DNA of 64,000 nt from NCBI GenBank assembly GCA_013265495.1, contig MU059537.1, positions 124,001-188,000 on the forward strand, written 5' to 3'. The position numbers were made by a program, and so were the translations under genes. The stretch's first letter is position 1. Each line of letters opens with the position of its first letter. This document shows, in pieces, positions 47,236-59,385 of the stretch. The notes below the pieces were generated by a model. That model did no database searches and was not told the DNA's origin. It saw only the letters and a program-made list of their open reading frames with translations. Source of the stretch: Vicugna vicugna (Eukaryota).

Positions 47236-48819
47236 CCACTGGATGTCCCACGTTGGTGTCCTGGTGTCCTCCAGAGCTCTCTCTCCCTCTGACCACTGGC
47301 TGGGACAGGGCAGTGCCCCCAGTGTGGGGTCATGAGACCTTAATGTGGACAAGGGCATCTCCCCAGCTCTGGGATTAGGGGGTTCAAGGGGCCCGAGGCC
47401 CTGACCGTCCATCCAGCAGCCCCTGCCGACATCTCTGGGCCCCTCCTGCCTTTAAAAGTGGTGCCAGCTCTTAGCACCTCAAGGGGCCTTTTCAGGACCC
47501 TCCCCCTTGTCGGATGCAGTAATGTTAACAGGAAAACCCATCCTGCCTCCTTCAGGAAGTCTCCTCCACGCTTCACCAGAAGGTCATGGAGGTGGTCGAT
47601 ACATTTTCATCGGGGAGCCAGAAAGGTCAGCCCATCAGTCAGGCCCTGGCTGGGACAGCTGCCTGCTGGGGAGCTCGGGGTGGGGCTCCTGCCTCACTGG
47701 CTGCTCCTGTTGGAGGGAGGCGTGGCCTCTGCGCCCCCCATCCAGGCCCAGCCGAGGGACCTGGGCTGCTCCCTGACTCCAGCTCTCACTGCTGGGTGAG
47801 CTGGGATGAGGCTGGTAGCTCTGGACAGCCCAGCCCCCTCAGGAACTGCTTCCTCTGCAGGGGCGCTCCCACCTGTGGGGGAGGCTGCAGATGCTGGGGG
47901 CTGAAGCAGACAGGTTGGTGGGGGGAGCACTGTCTTGTGCCAGGAGGGGAGCTGGGCGCCAGGGCTGGAGAGTGCCTCATCAAAGGCCTGCCTCTGTCTC
48001 CACCATATGTCCTAGCCCGAGCATCTCCTGGTCCCTGGGACCTGCCTGTCATCACCCGCCTGCCTCTTCCCCTTGAAGTCAGCTGAGAGGCCCAGCGCAT
48101 TTTGCTGGGGGGAGAGAAGGGACGAGAAGGAGCCAGGCTTGTCAGAGACGGGGTGTGGCCCTTCCTGGAGGGTCCAGGACATCCCCTGCCTCCCCCCTTC
48201 CTCTTCAGGTGCCCTCTCCTACTTCTCTTGGGATCATTCTCCGCCTCAGTCAGGTCCCTTTGGCTGCCTCTGTGGCTCTCAGCTTCCCCTGCCTCCCCTC
48301 CCATCCTCTGTTCAACCTGGAGGTGGGATGAGGTGGCGGAGGGTAGATGTGAGGGGACCAGGGAGGGACGGAACTGAGTGCAGATCACACCCCAAAGGCA
48401 CTTGGCCACCGTCCAGCACGTGGCCATCTTGAGGGTCCCAGGAAGTTTGATCTGGGCTGGGCTGGGCGGGCATGGGCACACCCAGGCAGGCGGCCAGCAC
48501 GAGGTCAGTGCTGGGTCCCGTCACTGGGCTGTACTGCTGGGAGAGCACCCGGAGCCTGGGAGGCCAGCGATGTGCCCCAGGTCCCATGGTCAGGCTGTGG
48601 CATGAGGATGGATTTGAAGCCAGCCCTGCCTGACCCCAGCCACTGTGTTCCTCACGGGCCCAGATCTCTGCAGATGGTTCGCCGGGACTCAGTCCCCACT
48701 GGTCTTCGTGTGGGGACCTGGGTGTGCAAGGAGGGCAGAGCTCACTCAGGGCACGTCTTGCTCGGCTGCGCCGGCCCTTCTGGGAGAGTGTGGAGCGTTC
48801 CGCGTGGGCTCTTCTGCCT

Positions 48820-48920
48820 GGTGCCAGGTTCAAATCCTGCTGAATCCAGCTCACGAGCTGGCAGCTTTGGGTGGTCACTTTGGCTCCTTGAGCCACCTCC
48901 TCATCTGCAGAACTGGGTGT
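48820..48920 (+). mobile_element. MIR SINE fragment
   Basis: caggttcaaatcctgct...ccttgagccacctcctcatctgcagaactggg. Confidence 0.55.
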
Positions 48921-49809
48921 TGACAGGACCTGCTGTCAGGTCTGGGCGAGGGTCACATGAGCCAATCCACACAGCCCGAGTGTGACCCCTGGCTCCCCAC
49001 AAGGGCCGGGGAGGGCTGCTGTCCCGCTGAGCGGGATGGGCGGTGAGGCTGTGCTGAGCCGCGAAGCCCAGGACGCGGACTGCGGGTGCTGTCCAGGGTC
49101 CTGAAGTGCCCCCTGGCTCCGAGGCCCTTCCCTGTAGCTGCACCCTGAGACTTCTCCCTGCCAGGAGGGCCGTGGACTTCTGACCTCCCTCCCACCCCAA
49201 GCTGTGAATTCCCTGAGGGCTGTGCCTGACTCACTCGGGGCCTCCCTACCCACGCCCATACACTCCTGGCACGTCTGGGCAGCAGCGTGACTTGTGACAA
49301 TAGCTGGGGAGGAGGTCATGGAAGCCTGAACCTCAGATCTGCCCCACACCATCTGTGAAGCCTGGGGCCAGTCGGTTAACCTCTCTGAGCCCAGCGCCCA
49401 GGCCCAGAACACAGGGTGGCCATACCTGTTCCCAGGCCTGGGGGGCAGGGCTCTTCTGCTGACGGCTGGTCTTCAGGAGGGTGTGTGGGTGAGCGGATGG
49501 ATGGCTGAATGGAACAATGAGTAGCTGAACGGATGAGCAGCCCCGACAGCCACCCGACGACTCAGGCTGGCAACCTGGGGACGCATCCCTGGGCTTTCTA
49601 CTTCGCTTCCCTCAAATATCTGGCTAAACCAGGTTCTGAGGGTTCCCCTCCCAGCCTTGCCTCCACCTCCTCTGGCCCCCCGTTTCTGCTTGTTTCTCCC
49701 CCCTTCCCCACCCATCCTGCTGTTTGCTTTTTTTGGGCAGCGAGGGTGGTAATTAGGTTTATTTGTGTATTAATGGGGATACTAGGGACCCTCCTGTTTG
49801 CTTTTTAAG

Positions 49810-50170
49810 TGGCCTCTTCAGTAACTCTCTTGAACATGTCACTCCCCTGCTTAAAAGCCCTCACTGTCTTTCCTGGGAGTTGACCCAGAGAGCACTTTCC
49901 TGTTGTTTTAAGTGCTATCTCAGGGGTGCTGTTCAAACCCCTCTGTGGTCTGCAGGCCTGCCCCATCCATCTTTCTTCCCCTTCCTCCTCCCCACCCCAT
50001 GAAGGCCACTTGATTACCCAGCAGATTATTTTAAACCCGTGTTTGCCCCAAGTTCTCCTTTGGCCCCTTGCTGCCCGCTTCCTGGCTGGCCTGGGGAGTC
50101 ACACCCCCTCCACTCAAGACCTGGATGAGGGGCCACTTCTTCATGAAGACACCAAACCCTCCCTAATGAG
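49810..50170 (+). mobile_element. L2 LINE fragment
   Basis: catgtcactcccctgcttaaaagccctc is a characteristic L2 segment. Confidence 0.6.
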
Positions 50171-50774
50171 CTCCCCGGGGCAGATCTGCACGTCTTCTCC
50201 TCCTTGAGGCCTTTGATGGTGGGCCCACAAGGTGTTAACAATAACCACAGTGACATACGGAGTAAGAACATCTGGTGAGGACTTCATGTCTGGTATTTGC
50301 AGACCCCAGGCTACATGCTTTGCAGGAATCGTCTTGATAAAGGCTTTCAGGTGCCCCCTGGAGACCATGGCCTCATCCTGTGCTTACAGAAGAGTCCGAG
50401 GTGTCGAGAAGGGATGTGGCTAAGCTCCCCAGCTTGAGGAGGGCAGACTGGGAACCACACACAGGCCTGGCCGCCTCTGGGGCTACGGCAGTCTAACTGG
50501 CACTCCCTCCGGGACAGCTGTGAGCAGCCGTGTTGGGCTGTGTAATGGACCCGTGCTGGAGCCGGGGAGGGGAGCGCCCCTCCTGGGGAAGGCTGTCAGA
50601 AAGCTTCACAGGCTCTGAGATGGGGAGAAAGGGTCCTGAGACAGCCTAGGATGGGAGTCTGGGTGTTCCAGGGCACAGGGCTCCGGGCAGGACCCAGAGT
50701 GGGCTGGCTGACTGGGACAGAGCACATGCGGTTGACCTTGAGTGACTGCTGGATGCCCCGCAGCGTGTTAAATG

Positions 50775-51275
50775 TCTGTCTGTGTTATCTGCTGCCCCGT
50801 AACCAATCAGCTTAAAACTCAGTGCCTGAAACAAGAAATGTTTACAGCCTCAGTTTCTGCGGGTCAGGCAGGGATTGGGAGGTGGTCCAGCCGGGTGGCT
50901 CTGTTCAGGGTCTCTCCTGAGGTGCGGTCAGATGTTGGCCGGCAGTGTCGTGGAGAGCCCACTGGGGGCTGGGGGTTCCAGGCCTGTGCGCTGTAGTACG
51001 AGGAGTGGGCTGAGCAGAGAGGGTGGCTGGAGGGACTCTGGAGGTGGGGGCCTGGGCAGACCCCATCCTTGAGTGTGCCACGGGGGCCCCACTTCCTGAT
51101 CTGAGTCCTCCAGGTGGTTTCTCATCTGTGAGAGTGTGGGCGAGAGCGTGGGCACGCAGGCGCACCTCTGCCCTTCCCCGCAGGCCTAAGAGTGCGGGGC
51201 CGCCCACCCCATGCCCCAGCACTGACAGCCATGCAGCCAGCCTCACACCGGCCGCAGTGACCATGGCAACACAAC
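50775..51275 (-). mobile_element. MaLR LTR, MLT1F/G/H-like
   Basis: tatctgctgccccgtaaccaatcagcttaaaactcagtgcctgaaacaag...cagtttctgcgggtcagg...cagggtctctcctgaggtgcggtcagatgttggccgg. Confidence 0.7.
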
Positions 51276-51280
51276 AGCCC

Positions 51281-51712
51281 TGTGCTGGGTTGATCTGTGC
51301 CCCTCAAAATGGCATGTTCAGGTCCTAAGCCCTGGAACCCCAGAATGCCACCTTATTTGGAAATTAAGTCTTTACAGATGTCAGTGGCTAAGATGAGACC
51401 ATGCTGGAGTAGGGCAGGGGCTAAGTCCAGTGACGGGTGGCCTGGTAAGAAGGACAGAGTCACAGGAGGAGGCCGCGGGAAGACAGAGGAGGCAGAGACG
51501 GGAGTGATGAGGCCACAGACACGGAACACGTGGAGCCCCCAGAGCCGGGAGAGGCAGGAAGGACCCTCCTGGGAGCCTCAGAGGGAGCTCGGCCCCTTGA
51601 TTTCGGCCTCGAGCCTCCAGAGCTGGGAGAGCACTTTCCTGTTGTTTTAAGTGCCCCCGCAACCCCGCCGCCCAGTTGCGGTCATTTGTGGCAGCCCCCA
51701 GACACTGACGCA
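51281..51712 (+). mobile_element. MaLR solo LTR, MLT1C/D-like
   Basis: tgtgctgggttgatctgtgcccctcaaaat...ccttatttggaaattaagtctttacagatgt...cctccagagctgggagag...tttgtggcagccccca; spans the full LTR layout from TG to CA. Confidence 0.82.
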
Positions 51713-54700
51713 GCTGTTTGTGTGACTCCTGAGAACGGCATGCGAGTGACTTGGGCCGTCCCAGCCCGGGCTCCCTCTGCTGAGGTCAGAGGAAAGGACA
51801 GGAGAGGCTGACAGAGGGGTCCAGGGAGCACCTCGAGATCCTGATGCCATGCCCCCGCCTCGTCCTTGTGGGGATGGGCCTGGAGGGGCCCGAGAGAAGC
51901 CATGGGGAGGGAAGGTTCGGACGGCCGGGGCAGGTCTGCTTGAGCGCCCAGCAGACAGGATTCCTGGCGGTCTGGACGAGGGGTGAGGGGCCACGATGCC
52001 CGTGCCCGGGAGGAGGGGAGCAGCTCCCTGCTCTGCAGGCCTGGCTGGGGGAGGGGCTGGCAGTCGGCCTGCGTGTCCTCACTCCTCCAGCCTGTCCTCT
52101 CCTTCCAATTTCCCCGCCGCCGCCTTTTCTTCACGTTAGGATCAGTCCAGGCCACCCAGCCTTCTCTCCTTCCCTCTCTGTCCCGCCCTCCACCCCACAC
52201 CCAGATCCACCCTCACCCCACGGCCGGGCAACTCTGCACACTGAACCCCTCCCTGTGTGAGAGGGAACCCAAGATGCAGCCTCGGCCCTGGGCCCTGTGT
52301 GCAGACCCAGCAGGGACAGCGGATCCGCCTCCAGTGAATCCCTTGGCTGGAGCAGACTGGCTGCGAGCAATGGCTCTACCCGCCTGGGGAGAGGAGGCCC
52401 AGGCCACACGGCCAGCCGCTGGTCACTTATGTGACCCTTGGGCACAGAGGGCAAGAGAGAGGGCCTCTGGCTTTTAGTGGCTCACGGACGAGTGGTGGGG
52501 AGAGCGTGGGGCTGGGGCAGCTCAGACCCCGGCAGGACAAGCCACGGCAGCCAGACCCCAGGGCTTCCCGATGGGGGTCTGAGTGTGGGTGTCCCTGGCC
52601 GTGGTGGGCCGGCGGAGCCCTGAGCTCCCTAGGGATGCGTCATCTGTGGCAAGTTAGCCAAGCAGAAGGAGACACCTCGGCCTGACACCCCCAGATGCTG
52701 TCTGCGATCACCAGGCCGGGCGGCAGGACCCCCACCCCAACCCCAGGCTCGCTTTCCCTCAGAGCAGCGGGGCTGCGGCTGCCCCTTCCTGCTGCTGAGT
52801 TGCCCTGAGGACAAAGGCAGATCGTGGCTGAACACAAAGAGCACCCTGAGGGAGGGAAAGGCTCTGGTGAGACGCAGGGGGTCACTATGTCTGCGGGGAA
52901 GCTCGGCCTTGGAAGGGGGCTCAGGCTCCCGGACGTCAAGCTGCTGGGACACCGACGGTGGGGCACATGCCATGCCCTGCAGGGAGCTCTGAGGGGCCAT
53001 GCAGCCCCCACGTCACCCCCTGCTGTCCAGGCCACCCCCAAGCACCCTGAGCCACTCTCACGGCTCTGAGCCCGCCTGGGCCCAGCTCTTCCTGGATTCC
53101 CCCGAGGTGTGCAAGCCCCACTCTGGCCAGGTCCTCACGGGGTCCTCACAGTGAGTCGGGGCGGGGAGCTCTCCAAAGTGGGGAGGGACTGCTCCCAGCC
53201 AGCCTCACTCACCTGCCGGTCCCTGGACTCAATTTACAGCCAGCTGAAGGCTCGTCTGGGACCAGGTCAGGTCTGAGTGTGTGATCAGGGTCAGGGCTGA
53301 GTGTGACCAGGATCAAGGTTCAGAGGGTGACCAGGGTCAGGGTCAGGGCTGGGCTTCCTCAGGCCTGGCGTTCATCCGGGACGACGCAGTAGCACATGGC
53401 GGCGTGCTGCCCCCGCCACCCTGCTTAAGCCCAGCTCTTGTCCTCAGCTCCTGGTGTCTGTATTGGAGAACCCCCTTCTCACCCAGGGAAGTGCAGCCGT
53501 TTCCAGAGGCCCCTCCAGGCCTGGTCTCTGGGTGGTACCCTGGAGATGGAGGTTCAGGGTCAGGCTCTGCGTGTGGGGGTCCCGGTCTCTGACCCCAGGA
53601 AGAGGAAGTTATGGTGACTCTGAGTCCCCCCCACTGTGTCTCTGGTTGTGATTCCTCAGGGGTGCAGGAGCAGGGGGCCCAGGCTGCAGGGGCGCCATGT
53701 CCCCCTGTCACCGGGTGCAGCTGGCCGGCGCCTCAGGGTGAGCAGAGCAGGCAGGCGGGCGGCTGGAGCAGCACTGCCCAGGTCTCAGCGGCGGCTCTTG
53801 TGCGGAAGGAGCTGATGGCACGTTGAGGAAGGAGGCGCGTGCTCGGGCGCGGAGGGGCACCCCTGCGCCGGCGTCCCCCGGGTGCCCACGGCTGCGGCGC
53901 CTGCACCCTCAGGACCTCTTTCCACTTTCAGCTTCGGTCACTGTGGACCTGTGTGTGGGTCCCCGTGGGGTGTGAGCTCTAGGTCCCCAGGCCTGTGTGG
54001 ACGTGGGGAGGGCGCGGGCCCAGGGGAGCAGGAGCTAGAGCCTCCAGGCTGGGCCTTGACAGGGAGGAAATGACCGTGTCTGGGCAGCAATCAGTGAAGT
54101 AGTTTTCATAAGTGCAAAAAAAACCAAGGGGCTAAATGGAGGCTTGTAGCAAATCATGTTTTTAATGTTTTCTGAAAGCATGGAATATATTGACTTTGAA
54201 GCCATTGATTTCCATCTGGGAAGCGAGCGGTGGGGCCCCATCCTCAGGCTCCTCTGCGCCTTCATCTGTGTCTGTGTGTCTCTCTGTGTGTGCATGTCTC
54301 CGTGCAGGTGTGAGCGTGCGTGTGCGTGTGCGTGTGTCTGCATGTGCGTGTCCACCCGAGTTCACACAGCAGGACTGGGGCCAGGTCCCAGCTCGGGTCT
54401 GTGACCCTGAGGCCTGGCGCTGCGGGGTCTGCACGCAGTCCACGTGGCCTGGGCAATGAGGCCCCCGGGGCATGCTCCTTCCCCCCGCAGATCCCAGGCC
54501 GTGTAAGGGTCCATGCCCTCTCCATGCCCCCCTTATCCAAGCCGGCCGGTCAGCGCCAGGGAGTCCCTTGGCCCCTCCCATGCTTCTCAGCCACAAGCGC
54601 TGCCTCCTGTGCTGGCCGCCAGCACTTTATGCTTTTATTTTTTCCCACCTTTCCCCCAGTGGAGCTCCATCCTCCGGGCCTGCTCGGCCGGGCGTTCCTC

Positions 54701-54849
54701 CCGTGGCCACCTGCCCAGCCATGGGGGGAGCTCCGAGGTGTGGGGCAACCACACACACAGGGAGGGGCCCACTGGGAGCGGATGCTGTGCCTGACAAGTG
54801 GCCCCAGGAAGCTTCTGGGCCTCCTGCATGGGGCCGCACACTGTCCCGG

Positions 54850-55015
54850 CCTGACTCTCGCCTCAGTTCTCCACCCACGGGGTCTCCATGCCTTTGCCTG
54901 GGCCGTGCCCTCAGCCCAGAGCACCTTCCTCCTTGTCTGATGGAGGAGCCCACACCCTCCTTTCAATGCTCAGCTCTCAAGAACCACCTCCTCCAGGAAG
55001 CCCTCAGTGACAGCA
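54850..55015 (+). mobile_element. L2 LINE fragment
   Basis: ctttgcctgggccgtgccctcagcc...ctcagctctcaagaaccacctcctccaggaagccc. Confidence 0.6.
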
Positions 55016-56444
55016 GGGTGGGAGCAGGGGCCAGCAGGTGCACCTGATGGATGTCACCTGAGGGGCTCATCCAGGGCAGGGAGAGCGGGGGAAGCCGGAC
55101 CCGACCCCCATGCCCACCTTGGCCCTCGGGGTCAGCCCTTCCAGCCATCTGGTCCCACATCCACTTCGACCCTCTCTCACTAGGCGGCAGGAGTCATGGG
55201 CCCCCCACCCCCGAACACGTGTTCTTTCCCAGGACACAGATAGCCGGGGATGAGGGAGGGAGCTTGGGGCTTAACTGGGGGGTGCGAGCCCCTCCTAGCA
55301 GGGCAGAAGGACACCCCGTCCAAGGCCAAGTGGAAGGGGGAGATCTTTTCTGTGCTGGGGGATGGCTGAGGGCTTGAGTGCTGCCTGCCGTTTCTACCAG
55401 GGGGACAAGAACAGGTCACCAAATTCATGGAGCTTTGGTTTCCGACCCATGTGGTGGGACAGTCCCCAGCGCGCAGTGCCATGTGGATGTGGGGCGCACC
55501 TGCAGGGGCCCGGTCGGAGCCCACCTCCTCCTGCTCCTGCTCCTCCAGACCATGCAGAGATGGTGGTCCTGCCTTCAGGGACCCCTGCGAAGAGGGATCC
55601 CGGCCCCACCTGCAGGGCAGACACTTGGAAGGGAGCAGCCAGTCCTGACAGAGGAAGGAGAGACCTCAGGGCGACCAGGAGGCGCCCCTGGGGCACAGTC
55701 TACGCAGCGAGGTTTCTGAGGATCTGGTACACTTGGCAAGAGCTGCCCCCCGCCTCGGCTGTTTCCCTTCTCAAAGCAAGCAGTTTTGCTTCCGGGTTCT
55801 TGTCAGTAACTGCGATAATAAATTGAATAATTAAGCTAAATCCACAGAAGAGAATTAAATATTAATGTCTAATAAGCTATTCAGAGACCGTCAGCAGTGA
55901 GGACCAGCAGACTGTGTCTGCGCGGGACCCTCCTCTGGCTGGCCCCCTGAGCCCTGGCTGCCCTCCGGCCCTCTCTCCCAGGGCAGGAGTGAGCACACGC
56001 AGCCTCCACCCAGGGGGCGAGGGTCGGCGTGCCATCCCTGGGGTCTGCCAGGTGGTGGGTGGGCCCACGAGGGCCCGTCAGGCCCGTCAGTGGAGGAGGA
56101 CGCCCAAGAGTCTGGGCTTGGGTCTCCCTGGCAGCTGGGTTGCCCATCGCCAAGCAGGGTGGGGTGGGTGCGCTACTGGCAGAGTGGCAGAGTAGATGAG
56201 AGGATGGCAGTCTGGGGGGCATTGATGGCCACCTGAGGGATGGGGCACCCTCAGGACCCTGGAGAGCCAGGCCCAGCCTCTGCGTGGTGCCTGCGCCCCA
56301 AGGCCTCTCTGCCGTCACCACACAGCCAAGCAAGCTCGAGGGTCAGCCAAGGATGGTGCTCCAGGGTGGGCACTGGTATAGCCTGGTCACACCCCGAACC
56401 CTGCCCCTGGTCACACCCCGAGCCCTGGCCCTGGTCACAGTCTG

Positions 56445-56525
56445 AGCTGGGAAAAGCATTCCAGGCTGAGGGAACTGCGTGCGAGTGCCTCGAGCTGGGA
56501 CAGGCCTGGGCAGAGTCAGAGCAGG
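56445..56525 (-). mobile_element. L2 LINE fragment
   Basis: gggaaaagcattccaggctgagggaactgcgtgcgagtgcc resembles antisense L2. Confidence 0.55.
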
Positions 56526-57947
56526 GAGCCCAGGGGGCCGGCCAGAGCAGCCTGGGTCCCAGGGCCCAAGGGACTGGGCTCTGACCCAGGCAGCCTGTGT
56601 CCCGGTCAGTGCGACTTGGAGAGTGGCGGCGGGGCGCCTTGGAGAAACAAGGCATGGGGGGCAGGGAAGAGCTTGTGCCAGGGTTGGCGGTGGCCGGGAG
56701 GGGACTCCGCGTGTGCTAGGGGTGGAGCCTGTCAGACTCACTCATAGATTGGGGTGAGGGAAGTGGGGTCCAGGGTGTCCCTGCAGCTTAGGTTAGGGGG
56801 CAAATTGGATCTGCTTTGGTTCATTCCATCTGAGCCTGGAGGCCCCACCCAACCTCCCTAACCTCTGCCTGGGGCAGGGCAGCTGCAGGGGCAGCAGGGA
56901 AGGGCCGGTGGGCCTGAGTCACACCCAGCTGCCAGGCACCCTCACCTTTTCTCCCTAAACCTCTGCGTTGTCATCAGGCCCTCCCCGGAGTCCTGCCATC
57001 TCCAGATTCTCACCTTGCCTGCCCCCAGCCCTGAGCAGCCCTGCAGAGAGAGGGGCTGGTGTTTTCGAGAGAATCCTGGAAAGGCCTTGCTTCACCCAAG
57101 GGCTGAGCATGCTGGTGGAGCCCAGACAGGCAGCGGAGGCCTTTGTCCACCTTGTCTGTGGCTGTCCAGCATCACAGCACTCAGTACCCAGAGAGCCCAG
57201 CCAGGGGCTGGGGGCTTCCGGCCTGGGCAGAGCCACGTGGCCCCCAACCCCTGGGATTCTTAGGGGGGGCGCGTGAGTAGGGGCTGCAGGAGGGATGCCA
57301 GAAGGAGACCCCTAGGCTGCATGCTTAGGAGGGCACTGGGGGTGGAAAACTGGAGAGGAGGCTGGGGGCAAGGAGTGGGCAGGGAGGCGGCGGGGGTCCA
57401 GGAGGAGCCAAGGACAGCTCCCAGGTGTGTGGCCCTGAAGGCAGGTGGAAGACAGAGCCCCTCTAAGAGCAGGAGAAAGCGGGGAGTCCCAGGCAGGACT
57501 CCTGGGGAGACCGAGCTGGGCAGGATGGGGTGAGGGGTGGGGTAGGCATTTAGGATGCGGTGGCCCCAAGGCCTTGGTGGAGTCTGACCAGGGCCAGGCA
57601 CCTGTGGCCCCAGCAATGGCCAGTCTCCTCGGACCTCTGCTTTGTCATCTGTGAGAAGGAGACTGATCACTGGGGCCCACCCTCCCCGGGGCAAGTCCTT
57701 GCTACCTTATGGCACTGCCCAGTCCCCCGCCCCCGAGGTGAGCAGAGAGGAGAGACCCGCGCTCTGACAGCCCTGCCCGTGGGAAAGCGCTCGACCCCTC
57801 AAGGAGGGTGGCCCGTTGGAGAGAGAGCCAGGCCTGGGAGCCGGCGCGGCCCTCCCCCTGCCCCTGGCCCAGCCTCCTCCCCTGGTCTGGCCGCACCTGC
57901 GCCTCAGCTCTCCCAGCTGGGAGCTGATGGGGTTTCTCGTTTTGCAG

Positions 57948-58028
57948 GTCGGTGCTGTCACCTGGCCTGCATGGACCGCAGAGCTTCACACCTGCCTGCC
58001 TCCCGCCCCTGCGCCGGCCCCTGGCTGA
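57948..58028 (+). CDS. Candidate alternative last coding exon of TSNARE1 (26 aa, no transmembrane segment)
   Basis: Strong acceptor gggtttctcgttttgcag|G. Phase-0 reading VGAVTWPAWTAELHTCLPPAPAPAPG* fits the phase-0 donor at 18210. Overlapping AATAAA hexamers follow 7 nt after the stop. No expression evidence available. Confidence 0.35.
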   Translation, partial: VGAVTWPAWTAELHTCLPPAPAPAPG

Positions 58029-58035
58029 GTCCCCT

Positions 58036-58045
58036 AATAAATAAA
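58036..58045 (+). terminator. Tandem overlapping canonical poly(A) signals AATAAATAAA
   Basis: AATAAA at 58036-58041 and 58040-58045 in otherwise GC-rich sequence not recognised as a repeat. Confidence 0.4.
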
Positions 58046-59329
58046 GTGTCCTCACGTAGCCAGCCACAGCGGGCCCTAGTCCCCATTTGTCATCCGCCGG
58101 CAGATGAGAGGCAGCTTTCTGGCTCTGGGATCCCGAGGTGGAGCCTGGCTATGTTGGGCGGGAAGGTGCGGCAGGGGTGTGATCCTGTGTGTATGCGTGC
58201 ATGTGTGCGTGTGTGTGTGCAGGTGAGGTGGTGACGTGGACATCAAAAGCACGATGGGGGTGGCCCAGGGCAGGAAGCCACCGTGCAGTGACCTGGTGTG
58301 AGGCCCAGGGCCGCGTCCCCCGGCTGGTGCCGCACCCCCCCGGCCCTCCCCACCTGGGGGCTCCCTGCCGTCCCTCCTGTGGGAGGCCAGTCTGCAGTGG
58401 GGTTTGCAGGCAGCTCTGGGGCCCCTGCTGCTCCCAGTGTCAGGTTCTTTGCCGCCTGGTGTCTCTGAGGGACGGGCTCCCCTTCTTCTGCTGGAGTGGG
58501 TGGTTGGGGGAGGCACCCCTAAGCAGAGAGACCATCGGGAGCGGCCCCTGCGGGTAGGTGAGAAGAGCAGGCAGCCCCACTCGGGTCAGCACCCCCTTCC
58601 CAGGAACCCGTAGAGCTCAGGACCTCATGCGGGTGGGGCTGCGCACCAGACCCTCCAGGAAGGCGCAGCCCATGGCCTCCAAGCTCGCAGCCGCTTCTGT
58701 AGGATGCTGCTTCCTGCTCAGATGCCGCCCCCGGCGCCCCCCCACCCCTCCCCGAGTCCTGGTCTTCTGCCGGGGAAGGTTTAAAGCATTCAGGGTGGGA
58801 TCCGAGCTGCTTTGTCTCACAGGTGCTTAAGGTTTTAAGATTCTGTGAAGCTCTGAGTTTTTTCCACACTGTTCTTCCCCAGGGGCCTGAGGAACGCGAC
58901 ACCATTGAGGTGTGGGCCGTGGCAGTGGGCAGGGAGCGGGGGCGGACCCCCGGCCTCAGCTGGGGCCACTTCCTCTGCTCTGCTGCCCTGGCTGCCGGCT
59001 GCCCGGGCCCTGGGGTGTCTGGAGGAGGTGTTGGAAGCAAATTGGATTTTACATGTCCGGCTGCAGGTGTGAGGCGCTCGGGCGGCTGGAGGGGCAGCTG
59101 GAGGAGGCAGCTCTGCCCCTGCTGTGTCTGAGCCACAGTCTGGCCCTGCTGGCCGGGCTCGGGAGGGTCCTCGTGGGGGAGGGGCTCTGCTGGGGCAGGG
59201 CAAGACTGGAATTGGGGATGGAGGGCAGGAGATGGCTGGTTTATTTCTCTCCTGCCCAGCTAGGAAGTGGGAGTGGCAGAGAACACTGGCTCAAGTTCCC
59301 TTTAGTTGAGGTCCCTATGCTGGAGTGAC

Positions 59330-59385
59330 GGCCCCCATTTTACAGGTGAGGAAATTGAGCCCAGAGAACGTGCTCGATGCAGGGA
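59330..59385 (-). mobile_element. MIR SINE fragment
   Basis: ccccattttacaggtgaggaaattgagcccagagaa. Confidence 0.7.

Noticed and set aside
56767-56778. TTAGGTTAGGG as an interstitial telomeric repeat
   Set aside because: Fewer than two full units; expected by chance.
58705-58716. CCFL peptide as the TSNARE1 transmembrane exon
   Set aside because: Not followed by a hydrophobic helix (LRCRPRR) and has no suitable acceptor.
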